From Octopus sinensis (taxonomy: Eukaryota), in assembly GCF_006345805.1 (NCBI RefSeq), contig NC_042999.1, positions 167,958,001-168,022,000 of the forward strand: a stretch of 64,000 nucleotides of DNA, read 5' to 3'. The notes under the pieces are model-generated. The model searched no databases. It had not been told where the DNA came from and worked only from the letters and a program-made list of their open reading frames with translations. The translations under genes were made by a program, and so were the position numbers. Positions 63,613 to 64,000 of the stretch are shown here, piece by piece. Within the stretch, counting starts at the first letter, position 1; each line of letters begins with the position of its first letter.

Positions 63613-64000
63613 TTACTATTTACTATTTTACTTGTTTCAGTCATTTGACTGTGGCCATGCTGGAGCACCGCCTTTAATCGAGCAACTCGACCCCAGGACT
63701 TATTCTTTTGTAAGCCCAGTACTTATTCTATCGGTCTCTTTTGCCGAACCACTAAGTAACGGGGACATAAACACACCAGCATCGGTTGTCAAGCAATGCT
63801 AGGGGAACAAACACAGACACACAAACATATTCACACACACTTATATATATACATATATACAACGGGCTTCTTTTAGTTTCCGTCTACCAAATCCACTCAC
63901 AAGGCATTGGTCGACCCGGGGCTATAGCAGAAGACACTTGCCCAAGATGCCACGCAGTGGGACTGAACCCGAAACCATGTGGTTGGTTAGCAAGCTACTT
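63613..64000 (-). mobile_element. SINE family A, young (head cut by window end)
   Basis: Consensus match. Confidence 0.88.

Overview
AT-rich eukaryotic genomic DNA. The interspersed repeats are typical of octopod cephalopods (species inferred from repeat families, not verified). Almost all of the window is intron of one + strand gene, which the ORF track misses because its exons are only 62-130 nt. I recovered it by matching splice sites and phases: an EGF-family ligand with neuregulin-like architecture. The exons are EGF common part (18939-19032), two mutually exclusive exons that each complete the EGF domain (27899-27960, atypical; 39586-39653, canonical CxxxYxGxRC), a transmembrane exon (49957-50065) and a cytoplasmic exon (59450-59579). 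The first and last exons are uncertain. This alpha/beta-style exon choice, best known from vertebrate NRG1/NRG2, is the main finding. The introns are packed with three tRNA-derived SINE families, RTE and CR1-type LINEs, Penelope-like elements with hammerhead-ribozyme motifs, two mariners, an internally deleted hAT, non-autonomous Helitrons, TTAA-flanked piggyBac-type MITEs, microsatellites and two long perfect palindromes. No rRNA, true tRNA or CRISPR array. Exon, TIR and ribozyme coordinates were counted base by base; SINE and LINE boundaries are approximate.
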